From assembly GCF_009914755.1 (NCBI RefSeq), contig NC_060935.1: DNA of 64,000 nucleotides; one strand, given 5' to 3'. This document shows, piece by piece, positions 32,539 through 49,280 of this stretch (the stretch's first letter is position 1; every line of letters begins with the position of its first letter). Made by a program: the position numbers and the translations under genes. The notes beneath the pieces were generated by a model. The model was not told the DNA's origin, did no database searches, and saw nothing but the letters and a program-made list of their open reading frames with translations. The stretch is from the human T2T-CHM13v2.0 reference genome, Homo sapiens.

Positions 32539-33447
32539 CTGAAAAGAGAGGACATGGGCTTTGGTTGGGCCACTGGACATTTCTGATAGACCTTATTGGA
32601 AGATGCTAGGGATGTAATTCTTGCCCTTGCAGAGCTTCAGACCAGATAGCATCACCCTCCCTTACCGGTGCCCACTCATGGTCATTTATCATGCACTTTC
32701 CCAGCCATAAGTGGATTTGCCAGCAGCGTGGAGTGGCTTTGGGATCCAGGGATTTGAATCTTCATTCCAGTTTTACCTTTCAGACTCCAGGCCTCCATTT
32801 TCTTACTGGGAAATTACTACAAATTCCTATCTTACATAACTCGGGTTGCAGGAGTTGGGAAACTCACTTTGTATACAGTCCTGCCAAATTCTCAAAGCAT
32901 TTCACTCAACTTTATTAAAGCCCTCACTTACTGAGTAGTCACTGCATGCCAGACACAGTACTAACCACCTAAATGAATTATCTAATTTAACTGCTGTACG
33001 TCTCTAGGAGAAAGGGCTCTTATTATGCCCATCTCACTGTGAGGGAACTGTGGCTCTGAGCAGCTGCAAGCCTTGGCCATGGTGACAGAGATAGTAAGTA
33101 TGATAAGAACCCGCAAGAACAGAAATGTGTCCTAAAACAGGAAAGAAAGAAAAGAAGCCATTCTCACTCTCCCCGGGTATGTGGTGCTCCAGTGGGATTC
33201 TTCCACTAATAAGGAGAGATGGGAAGAAAGGGGAGTTCCTGAGAAGATAAACAGAGAGAGATGGGAACAGAGGGGCCTTAGGGGTGTGTGCGTGCATGTA
33301 TTTTTTTCTGCACGTTTTTCTGCGCATGCGGGTTTACATACGTATGTAGGGGGTGGTATTTGGGGCTGAATTGAATTCTCTATGAGGGCAGCAGGGAAAA
33401 TTGTGCTGGACTCAGACACTCAGTTGCTAGTAAGAAGGTCTGGGGCA

Positions 33448-37625
<4,178 letters not shown>

Positions 37626-40600
37626 TAAGTCCGGAAGCCAACATCTCAAGGTGCTGAACAGAAAGAACCCAAGTCCCTGAGGCAAGGCTGAAGGCTCAAC
37701 TTACATTATCTCACTTGGGGCTGGAAATGTCATCAACTCAGATTGCGAATACGGTGCCCATCACAAGGCTAGCTATAACTTTGGTGAATTAAAAAATGCT
37801 TTCAGAACAGGGGACTTGTGAGAAGAAGTAACTCAAGGAGTCCTTGGAGGTGAGGACCTCTCCTAGAGGGGTCCTTGGAGGTGAGGAAGCCGGCAGTCCC
37901 TTGCCTTGATGTCTGGAAATTCCTTCCAAATCTCCCATTTTAATAGTCGTATTGCTAACCACCATAATTAATGCCTCCTGGATGGCAGGCACTTAATATA
38001 TATTCTTTCCCTTAATCACAGGACACCTCAGTGGACATCCCATGGGGGGCTCTATCTTTATATTATAGGTAAGGGCATTGAGGCTCAGGGTGCAAAGTAG
38101 ATTTCTGATGGTCCCACAGCAGTGGTGGAGGTGGGATTCTGACCCGGACCTGTGGGCTCCAAGCCTGTGTTCTTTCCACCTCAGCAAAACCCCTCTGCCC
38201 CACTTACGCGAATGAGGGCTAAGGCCTCTCACCTGGGGCAGGTGGCAGGTAGAGAAGTCACCAGAGGTTCCAGAGAATTGGAACCTGATTCTTGCCACCG
38301 TCTAGATCTTCTGCCCCCTATGACGCAGTACAAGAACAGACCCATCAATGAATGACTGCCTTTCCTCTATATCAGAAGCAGAGGTCCTCACCCCCAGCCC
38401 TCTCTTGGACAGAGAAAGAGCTCAGGAGAAGATTCCTGGAGACGTGCTCTAGTCCCTTCTGTGTGACCTTGTCCAAGTCTCCTTAACTGTCGATGTGGGG
38501 CAGTCTTCTACCTGTCCAAGGTTCCTGTGGGATCAGTGAGATGGTGGCTGTGAAAGAATCTGGTTTCCCATGATTGTGGCAGATTCCCCTGGGGAGACCA
38601 GCCCTAGGCTGAGGATTAGGGTATGGGGTTCAGTGGTAGCTCTAGAATCCCTAAAGAAGGAGGGACTTAGGACAGCCAGCTGGTTGAAAAGGGGGCTTGA
38701 AGCTGCATTTGCAGGGCACGTCCTGTGAAGGCATCCATGGGGGCTGGGGCTCACATATGCAGTGAGTTTGTCAATGGGGATTGCAGTGGGCAGCAGGAAG
38801 ACCCCCCGAGGCAGTCCTTGGCACTGCCTCTGCCTAGCTGCCAGCTCTTGTCTTGCTATGTGACCTTGGGTAAATGACCGTCCTGACCTGGTGGCCCTTC
38901 TGTGGAATGGGGTGAACTCCTAGGATGAGTGTTTGTGTGTGAGGGTATATGCATTGCTGAGCAAGGCTGGGAATGGTGGAGGTGGGTCCATAGCTTTGTG
39001 GGGACTCATCCTCAGAGGGTGTTTCACCTGGAGTTCAGGAAGATAGTGAGGAAGCAAGGAGGGGCTTCTCTCCAGGACTGTGGCCTCCTGATGAAGGCTG
39101 TTAGAAGGCTTTAATAATATCACTAATACTCCTTACACATAATAGCAGCAAAGAAAAATTACTCATATTATAGTAACTGGTATTTACTGGCTGCATACTA
39201 TATACCAGACATGGCTCTAAGCATTATATACATAAACATTATAAACTCGATCTAATCTACCTGTTACAACTCCTTGTGAAGTAGGTCCTGCTATCCCCAG
39301 TTTGCAAAAGGCCTAACCTGAGGCTTCAAGACCTGAAGGACCTTACAGCTCATCAGCGATGCAACCAGGATTTGGATCCAGGCCGTCTGCCTCCGAGACC
39401 AACCTCTTGAACCCTACTCCTGCTCTTGAGGGGTTGCGGGGGTTTGCCAGCCTCCTTGCCCACCTCAGCTAGCTTACTCAAGCCCAACTTTGAATCAGTT
39501 AACGATGAGCAATCGGTCCTTCTTTCAGAATCTGGCCTCCTTTGTGTGCGCGGCAGTGTCTGTCGTATATCTGTGTGATGTGTGATAACAGTGCTGTGGG
39601 AAGAGGGTGGGTCTACTGGAGCTCTTTAAAGGGCAGGGTAAGGGCTGCGTCTGTCTCATTCAATGCTTTATCCCAGGGCTTGGCAGATAGTAGTTGCTCA
39701 ATAAATACCTGTGGAATAAATGTACGTGTGTGTACTCAACTTCAGACCCTGGAGCCTGAGGGTGAACCTGTGGGGGTCAGGACCAGGTCCAGAGCATGGT
39801 CCAGAGGCCCCTCTTCTCCCTTGAGCTCCCACATCTCATCTGCCAGGTCCCTGCTTCCCTGAGTGAGGCCCTGCCTGGCTGGAGAGCATAGGAGAAAAAC
39901 AGCCAAGAGCATCCTTGTCTGTAAAGTGGACCAAGGAAACCCTGCCTCACCCGGCTGCAGGGAAGCTAAGTGAGGTGCCAGGACAGACATGGACGTGCCA
40001 AAGCATTTGTCACTGGGGAGAGGAGAATGTTAGCCTGGGCTCAAAGGGTTAAGGGATGAGGTCAGAGCCTTTATTACAGCAGGCCAGACTGTTGACTCCC
40101 AGCGCCCAGGACCAATCCCTAGGGGCTGGGGATCTGGCTTGTGAGAGCAACTGGGAGTGGAGAGAACCACTGGGGGAGGCAGGGAAAGGGAAATGGGGAG
40201 AGGGATTCCTGAACACCAGGCTTTTCTGAACGTACCGCTGGCCAAAGAGTACAGAAGGGGAGGGAGGGAATGAGGGGATGCTGGGGAAGATATTTAGGAG
40301 GGAGGAGCGGAGCCATCTTGTGATTCTGGGCCTGGAAGCTGGTAGAGTCCTGGTTAGGAAGAGGGGATAACATTGGGGAGTGGGAGGTATGTGGAGGGGG
40401 CTGTGGGGTTGGGCACCTGAGGCCTCACATATGCAATGAGGAGGGCGCTCCTTCTGGCCAGGTCTACTCACTGATCCCTTCTGCTAGGGCCTGACCCCAG
40501 AAGCCAGCCCATACGAGGCAGCTCTCCCCTCGGGGTTAACTTTTCTTTGACAGCAGCTCTTGACCCATTAAGGTGCACAAAACTTCCACCCCTGATGTCT

Positions 40601-42576
40601 GGCTTTGAGAATGAGGGAGTAAACAGAATTTATCACATTTTTAAGGCTCAACAGTTGCCATTGGGAGGGCCAACTAGTCTTGTGGAGGGCAGCAGCCATC
40701 AGTTAAATGCTACATGAAACACACTGCTTAGCTGGAAGAGAAGCATCAGCCCTAGAATCACTGCCAAATTTGCTCACCCATGATGGATCTTAAGCAGTTG
40801 CCTGACTTTGGCCAGACCATGACAGAGCCTGGGCATGAGCAGCTGGACCCTAGACCTCACTCTGCCAGTGTGGCATCAGAGGTTCTGGGTCCCTCATCCT
40901 CCTCTCCGCAAGCCCCCTGCTCCTGGCTCCTTGCACTCTCCTCCTCATTTCCTTTCTTCTCTCTCCCTCCCTCCTCCATCCTTGTAGGCATCACCATGGC
41001 ACCACAGCAGAGCAGAAACCCAGCGCAATTCACCCACCTCTCCCCGCCTGCTGGGAGCCCAAGCTTCTGCGTCTCAGAGCTTACTGCGCCCCCTGCTCTC
41101 CCACCCCATCTTCCTGCTCATGGAGGCGGCAGCGCAGTGTTGTGCTGAGGATGCGGAGAAGGGGTCCGAGCCCCAGCTGGATCCCTACATATCCCTTCTC
41201 CGACCATGAGCATGTCCCTTTCCCTTTCTCAGCCTCAGTCCCTCCATACAATAGAAAGCCTCCTTTCTAGGTCTGACATGACCTCTGGTTAGCCCCTTCT
41301 TGACACTTTGGACTCCCCATTACACTTCAGAATCCAGTTCTCAGAACTCCAACCGCCAGCTGTCAGCTGCGAGCCAAGACCCACATCTTCTGCAGCCCAT
41401 TTCACTATCTCCTTCCCTTTCATATCTCAGCCGCGATAGCGACTGCAGCTTGCCTGGTGGCTGAGGTCAGAGGGCAGAGAACTCTCATCTGACAGCCCAC
41501 TGAACAGCTGATTACCCTGAGAAAGGAGACTGTCTGGCTACTGGAGACTGCCTGACTCCTTCCAGCCAGTTGGGCAGGGGTCTTGGGTCAGTCTGGGTGG
41601 AGCTGCAGGTGTGTTTTGTGCAAAGATGTGAACCCCTCTCCATTGGCTCTGATAACCTCTAAGCTGCACATGTCTGGATGACCTAATGAGAGCTGACGAC
41701 CCCCTCCCCAGCTGGCCTGCCCAGGAGCTGACAACTCTACAAGCATCAGAGTTCCTGGCCCCTAGCCCATCCCCATGTTGTGCAGTCTGCGGGCACTGGG
41801 GTGAGTACCTGGCGTGGGTGCCCATTGGTATCCATGCATTGCCTGGATATAGGACTGAGACCCACCCTGCGGGAGCCCAAGATACTAGAAACATAAGGAG
41901 GGTCCTCTGGGCCCCTGCGCACGTCAGGGCCACCTTCCCTGGCTAGTGTGGCCACCCACATGCCCATTTGTCCCCAAAGAGCCCTGGGGCTCTTTGCCTG
42001 GTCTCCTGCTGGCTTCTGGCCTGACACCCACCTTGGCTTCTAGCTTCTCTATCTGGCCAGCAGCCTGATTCAGTCCATCTTGGGGGAGCTGAGGTGGACG
42101 GGGGTGGTGGGTTTCAGGGTGCCCTGAGGGAGGACAGGAGGTTCTGGGACTGGCATCCCCATCAAGATGGGGGTCAACCTCCCACAGGATGCTGGTGGCA
42201 AGGGCTGCTTCCTGGCCCTTTGCCCTTCCCACTCTGCCCCTAGGGTGTTGGGGGTTCTGCTTGCTACCAGGCAGCCTAATCCCTTCTGGGCCTCAGGTCC
42301 AGTTTCCTGAGGGGGATCTCCATCTCCTCTGCCAGCAGAAGCCCAGAAAAACATCAGCTATATCCACTCAAAGCCAGGAGGCCGAGTGTTTGGAGCAGTC
42401 AGTGTTCAATGCTACAGAGCCCCCTTGCCCTCTAGACCCCTCCCTGGCCTCCTCCTATCTCTGTGAGTCCATCCCTATTTCCATCTCATCCTGATCCCTG
42501 CCCTCCCCCGCTCCCCAGGACCCTCCTACCCTCTACCTTAGTGCAGCCCCTCCCAAGCCCTCCCAAATGTACTCAC

Positions 42577-42720
42577 CACGGGGCTGAAGAGGGGTCTGTA
42601 GGGTCCTCAGCCCCACTGCCTCCCTGGGGGCCTGCGGCGTCTCCAGGGACCCAAACACCTGGCTCCCAGGGGGAGCTGCGCCCTGTGCTGGCAGCGGGAG
42701 AGGCACAGCCAGTGATTGGC
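42577..42720 (-). other. CHRM1: CHRM1 non-coding exon 1 (5' end approximate; TSS may extend further upstream)
   Basis: - strand donor CCGTG|gtgagt at 42577/42576; GC-rich exon; gives an intron of about 10 kb, consistent with my recollection of the two-exon CHRM1 structure. Confidence 0.7.
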
Positions 42721-43300
42721 ATGTCCCACCCCCTGGCACGCCAGCCTTAGCGGGGAGGGAGAAAGGGAAAGAGAGGGAGGGAGGAAAGGGAGAAAAGGAA
42801 GGGAGGGGAGCTGGAGGGAAGCCTCAGGCAGCGTCTGGGGTTGGACTAGGTTCTGGAGTGTGCCCCCCTCCTTCACCAGGGCACCCAATTTGAGCCCCAA
42901 GAGGGAGGAGAAAGGACATGAGGAAGGCGAGCCCAGGAAGGCTAAAAGTCCCGGACGGGAGAGAAGGCGGATACAGGGAGACAAACACCCACACCCACTG
43001 CACAGACCCGGCGGCACACACACCCTCACAAAGGCACACTGTTTCCTTGGGCTCCTCCCCCCACCCAACCTTAGAGCCCCCAGCCCCTGTGCACCATGCC
43101 CCAACACACATGCCCTGGTATTCACATGCCTGCTTCCCTCGCACACACGCCCTCCCCCCTGCACATGCCCACGCACCCACCCACCCAACTACACACCCTG
43201 CTCTTCCTCCCTGCTGTGAGAGAGCTAGATTCCTTCTGTTTGGAAATGACACATTGGGCCTCACGTGAGAGGCTCCAACTTGGAACAGACCCAGAGGGCT
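42700..43300 (-). promoter_or_regulatory. CHRM1: CHRM1 proximal promoter with polypurine/polypyrimidine tract
   Basis: 59-nt pure purine run at 42752-42810; CCAAT on - at about 42715-42719; TCACGTGA at 43261-43268. Confidence 0.6.
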
Positions 43301-44539
43301 GGCGCACCCGCCCGGGGGCTGAGTGAACGTGCCCGCATGCTGGGCTGTGTGCGCTAGCATTGGGCTATGCATAGCCTGTTGTGAGGGTATATGGGTGTCT
43401 GCTTTTCGGGGATGAGTAGAGGGCCAGGTGCCTGCCCCATGTGCGGCTGAGTGCCTTGCATATGTGTGTCCCTGTGTACTCATGTCACCATGCAGCCTGT
43501 GTAAGTGCAGGTGTGACCCTATCAGTCTGGAGGCAGGACGCGTGTGCACACGTGTGTCTGTATCTGATGTGTGGCTGAGTGTTGCCCAACTGTGGAACTT
43601 GCTAATTCTGACAAGTGAGGCAGCCTCTACCTGCCTGCTCCACCCCAAGCTTCCACTTGGAAGACAGACAGGCAGACAGACAGCTCTCCTCCCAGCTTGT
43701 CAAGCTCTGTCTCCCCTGACTCCCACTCAGGGCTCACAGGTGTGTACCTGGGAGGAGATGAGCCCTCCTCCCAATCTCCCTCAGCCCTACTGGGTGAGGC
43801 CAGCATCCCTCCCTGCCAGGCTGGTCTGGACTTCTGTGTTGAGCTTCCTCAGAGATAGAACCCCTGGGGGGCCGTTTGCCCTAGAGATGTGGGTCCTGCA
43901 CCGCCTCTGTTTGGCCCTAGAGACCTCCCCGGGAGCTGACTGGGGAGGAGAGTTGGAGGCTGCAGGGACTGCCTTCTGGGGCTGCTGTGTTCTTTGCCCA
44001 CTGGGCTGTGTCGAAGTCTTGGGGTGAGAGGTGGGAAGGAATGGGAGCATCAATTATCCCCATTTTGTAGGTGAGAAATCTGAAGAGCAGAGGTATGATT
44101 AGCATGTGGTGGGCAGGTGTTTGGGCTCAGGTCGCTTGGCTCTAAGCCCAGGGCTCTGGAGTCTGGGGCAGGGGTTTCCCCTACTCATTTCCCCACCAAG
44201 CGCCGCCCCCCGCCCCCACAACCCCGCCAATGCTGGTGCCTGAGGGTAACCTGGGGCTTTCTCACCCAGGAGCCCAGTTGGCCAATGGAGCCAAGTGGAG
44301 CTGAAACTGGAGTTCCTGGGGTTTGGTCAGCAGCTACTGGTGGGCACACGTGGCAGGTACATGTGGGGGCATCTGTGCTTCTCAAAGCCAGCTGGGGTTC
44401 CAGCAGGCACCCAGTCCTCCTCCCTGCTGAAGTCAAGCAGACGCTGCAGCTTGGAGAGAAATCTAAGTGAGCATCCCCTTTCCATCCCAGGGTCACCCAG
44501 CCGGTCAGGGTTGGGTCAGAACTTGACCAGTCCCTACCC

Positions 44540-45420
44540 TTGGGCGCGGACTCGGGATGCCCCCTGCTGGGCTGCCCTGGGTTTGCGGCTGCGGCTTGGG
44601 CGGCGCGGTGGGGCTGCGTGTACTTGTGCGCGTACACGTGGCTGAGTGTGGGGGTGTTAGGCCTCCACGCTCAACATCCATTTCCGAATCTGAATCAGGC
44701 TCCCTCTTTGCCACCTCCCCCCAGTCTCCTTGGTCTCCCTTTTCTCTTCTCCCACCGCCTCTGCACACGTCCCTTTAGAAATAAAAACACTTATTTTGTG
44801 GGCGGGTGGGGAGGGTGTCCAGCTTTCCCCTGCCTCCTCCTGAGTGCCCCCCTCTGTCCCACGCGGCTTTCTTCTGAAGTCTGTGCAGTCGCGGACGCAG
44901 GGGGATGACGCCCCCCGCCACCCCCACCACTGTATCACTCTTCTGACGTCCCCGCCCAGACTTGGCTAGCTCACCCTTATCAGATGGGGAAACTGAGGCA
45001 GGAGGGGAGAAGAGAGGTACGGCCTGGAGAAGCGCTCCCGCCCGGCTCGCTCACCACCCCCGCACTCGCGCCCGATTTAGCCGCAGGGAGGCTGGGAACA
45101 TTGTCTTTATTTTAAGCCTCCGAGTGCGGCACGAACGCGGCTGCTCGCGACAAAGGGCTTCTTGAAGCGGCTGCAGGCGGCGCACGTGGGGCTTTGGCCC
45201 CGCCCCCGCGCGACCCCCTCCAGTTCTCCCTCATTTCTGGCTGGGTTGGGTGGGGTCTGACTCTCGGGTCTCGGCTCCTGCTGGTTGTTATTTTTGGTCG
45301 CCTGGTCGAGAATTCAGTCCTCCAGGCCACCAAGGGAACGTGGAGTCGCCCTTGCGCGGCTCGGCCCCAGTCTCGGCCCCCTTACTGTGCAAGAGGAGAG
45401 TGCCCTGAATGCGAATTCAG
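44540..45420. promoter_or_regulatory. CpG island upstream of CHRM1
   Basis: Dense CpG and GC boxes (e.g. GCCCCGCCCC at about 45197); no recognisable coding exon. Confidence 0.7.
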
Positions 45421-45603
45421 CTTGGCCTTTTTCTAGTTGAAGCGGCCTGAGCAAGCTAGGCCCCCTCTCTAGGTCTCAGTTTCTTCATCAGTGACAAGAA
45501 GGGTAGAAATACCTCCCCGACCAGGCTGTTTGACGGGTTAGTTGAGCTTCTGCAGGTAAAACGTGGCACGTGCGTCTGCAAAAAGTGAAAGCCATCACTG
45601 CGG

Positions 45604-46668
<1,065 letters not shown>

Positions 46669-47189
46669 CTATATTCTTTAATTTACTTTCACAACTCTAT
46701 GAGGGAGGTTCCATTATTCCCATTTTACAGATGAGTAGATTTACAAGAGGCGTGGGTCCCTGTGGTTTCATGGAGGATGAGGTCAGTGCGCCTGGAGCCA
46801 TCCTGGGGCTGAGCACCTGCTGCAGTTCCAGAGACGGCAGGGACTGTGGGACAGCATTTTTAAGATTCCCAGGGTCCGGCAAGGCCGCAGGTGGGTGGAG
46901 GAATGAATGAGCAGGCTCCGGGAGTGCGCTGCAGACCCGGAGTGTAAGTCTCCGCCCTTGGTTTTAATCCGTGTCAGAAACTCAAACCCAGCTAAATGTG
47001 CCACTTTTACAGTGCCGCTTCCTCTGTCCTGGGGCACACATTCTGAGTCCGGGTGGGAGGCAGCGGGTCGGCCTAAGGGCGCCCCTCCTCGCATCTTCAC
47101 CTTCAATGGCCTTAGGTCCTCAACTTCCTCTCTCCCCCCACTCCCTCCCGCCAGGACTCCTGGAGAGACTAATTCCCAGATGTAAAACA

Positions 47190-48700
47190 AGAAACTCAAA
47201 TCCAGGGCGGGGCTGCGTATAGAGCAGGCCCAGTAAGGGGCCCCCAGAGTCCCCGCCGTCCGAGGCGAGAGCGGACGCGGCCACAATAAAGGCATCTTAT
47301 TGGGACAGGAAATCGGGATTTTCCGAGTCCGGTTTCGAAATTGAGGCCTTGTAGACGCTTCACCTTTCCTGCCCGGCTACGTGCTGGGCTCCGGAGGGCA
47401 GTGGGAGTGCGGAGAAGCAGCTCCACTCCCCAGCCCCAAGTCTTGCGGGCAGTTCCCGAAGAAAAGATGGGTTTGGGGCGGTCGCGAAAGCGGCGCCTCG
47501 CGTGTTTTCCTGCCGTTCCCGGGTCCTTATAGCCCGGCCGGAGACTCCGCTGAGTTGACTCGGCGCCCGGGGTCCTGCCAGGGGTAGTGAATGCTGGGAA
47601 CTGAGATAACGCAACGTGGCGTTTCGGACTCCCCGCTGGACCGGGCCGTGGAGAGGAGCTGCGTTCCCACAGGGCATCCCTAAGCGTCCTCTGTCCCCGC
47701 CTATGAGGACACAACCTGGAAGTCCAGGCCACTGGTTGCCGCCTTGGAGTTGGATGTACCGTGAAAGTGCGGCCCCGACGCAGGAAGCAGGCACCTTCCC
47801 CCGCACTATGGAAGCTCGCGCCCCTCGCTTCTCGAAACACCTGATTCACGGCGTCGACCCTGCTTCGCTGGGTCTGCGGACATTGGGCTCCTCAGCTTTC
47901 CGCCACAGGGTGTACGCGCCCGGGCCCAGGCGGGTGTAGGTCCCACGTGAAACTGCTGGAGCCCGGCGGAGCTTCGGACGGGAATTTGGGGTCAGAACAG
48001 GTCCAGGTCTCAAGGCAACCCCCAACTCTGTACAGTGGAATCCGCTCGTCCAGGGTCGTGACCCGGGTGAGGCAGTGCGGATTTCAGGGTCCCCGTGCTC
48101 CCAGCCCGGCGAAGTTTCACCCTTCCTTCCCTTGCTGGCTTCCTCTCCCAGTTCCCTGGACGCCGAGTCCTCGAGTCTCCCCCCCACCACCCCCCGAGGC
48201 GGAGGCCAAAGCTTGAAGCCCACGATGACGAAGGGTGGGTGGGAAGGCGCCGGGGGAGTGGAGCCTCAGCCCGGTTCCTCTCCTGAGACACTTGCAGGCG
48301 CCGCAAGTACGCACCGAGAGGTTCAGTAACCTGTCCAAGGTCACACAGCTAGTAGGTGCCAGAGTCAGGCCAGTAGAATTCCAATCATTGCTTTTGCCGC
48401 GATCCTAAATGTCCCCTCAGTGTCAAATGTACTCGCGTCTTCGCGAGACCCTCACCCCTAGGCAGGCGCCGCAAGTACGTCGGTGGGTCGGGGGCTGCCC
48501 TTTACCCTACCCTTTGTTTATTGGCTCGCAGGGGTTCTCCACCTCAGTCACCGCAGCCCGGGGCCGCTTCGGTGACGCCCATGACCCTCCGCGCCCCTGC
48601 CGCGGCCCCTAGGGGCCCACCCAGCTCCGTACCTAGGAGGGGCCGGGCGACGGGCTAGAGTGCCTGGGCTGGGAGGGGGGCCCGGTGCCAAGCGCCCACT
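47190..48700. promoter_or_regulatory. Second CpG island upstream of CHRM1 (no recognisable gene)
   Basis: About 1.5 kb of CpG-dense, GC-rich, largely non-repeat sequence. Confidence 0.75.
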
Positions 48701-49059
48701 CTCTTTCTCAGGGAGAGGAATAACAGCACTTATATCCCCTTCATGCCCCAGTGCAGGCCTTTTGTTGGCGCGGGGTGGGTAAGGGGTTGTGCAGAGCTAA
48801 CGCTAGGAAGGCGATAGGAGCTGGCTGCCCTTTATTGAGGGCTTGCTCCTGGCTACCGCATTCATAACATCTTTGCGTGCACTTTCTCATTTAATCTTCA
48901 CGACTGCCCCACGAAGGGAGGTTAGGTAACAATCTGCCCTCTTAACCCCTTCCCAGTTTGCAGGTTTTGCCCCCAGCTTGGAGCCTGAGAACACTGTCTG
49001 CTATCTGTAAGAGGGAGTTTCCTGGGAAATTGCTAAATCGATGTCTCCTGCAGTGCTTC

Positions 49060-49280
49060 ATTTTGTGGTCCCATTATATTAACAAACACTTGCATAGCAC
49101 CAGCAATGTGCTGTCACCCTCTCAGTGTTTTACGTTTTAACTCATTTAATTTTCGTAATAACTTGACGAAGCAGGTAGAATTATTATTCCTATTTTACAG
49201 ATGAAGAAACCGAGGCACCAAGAGGTTCTGTAACCTGTCCAAGGTCACACAGCTAGTACATGCCAGAGCCAGACTAGTTG
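49060..49280. mobile_element. MIR
   Basis: ATTATTATTCCTATTTTACAGATGAAGAAACCGAGGCAC...AAGGTCACACAGCTAGT MIR core. Confidence 0.8.

Noticed and set aside
42824-43648. 274-aa - strand ORF (and overlapping 193/199-aa ORFs)
   Set aside because: Arises from CA/GT-rich promoter sequence that is poor in stop codons; no recognisable domain.
47196-47849. 217-aa - strand ORF in the CpG island
   Set aside because: Arg/Pro/Gly-rich composition typical of GC-rich non-coding DNA; no homology recognised.
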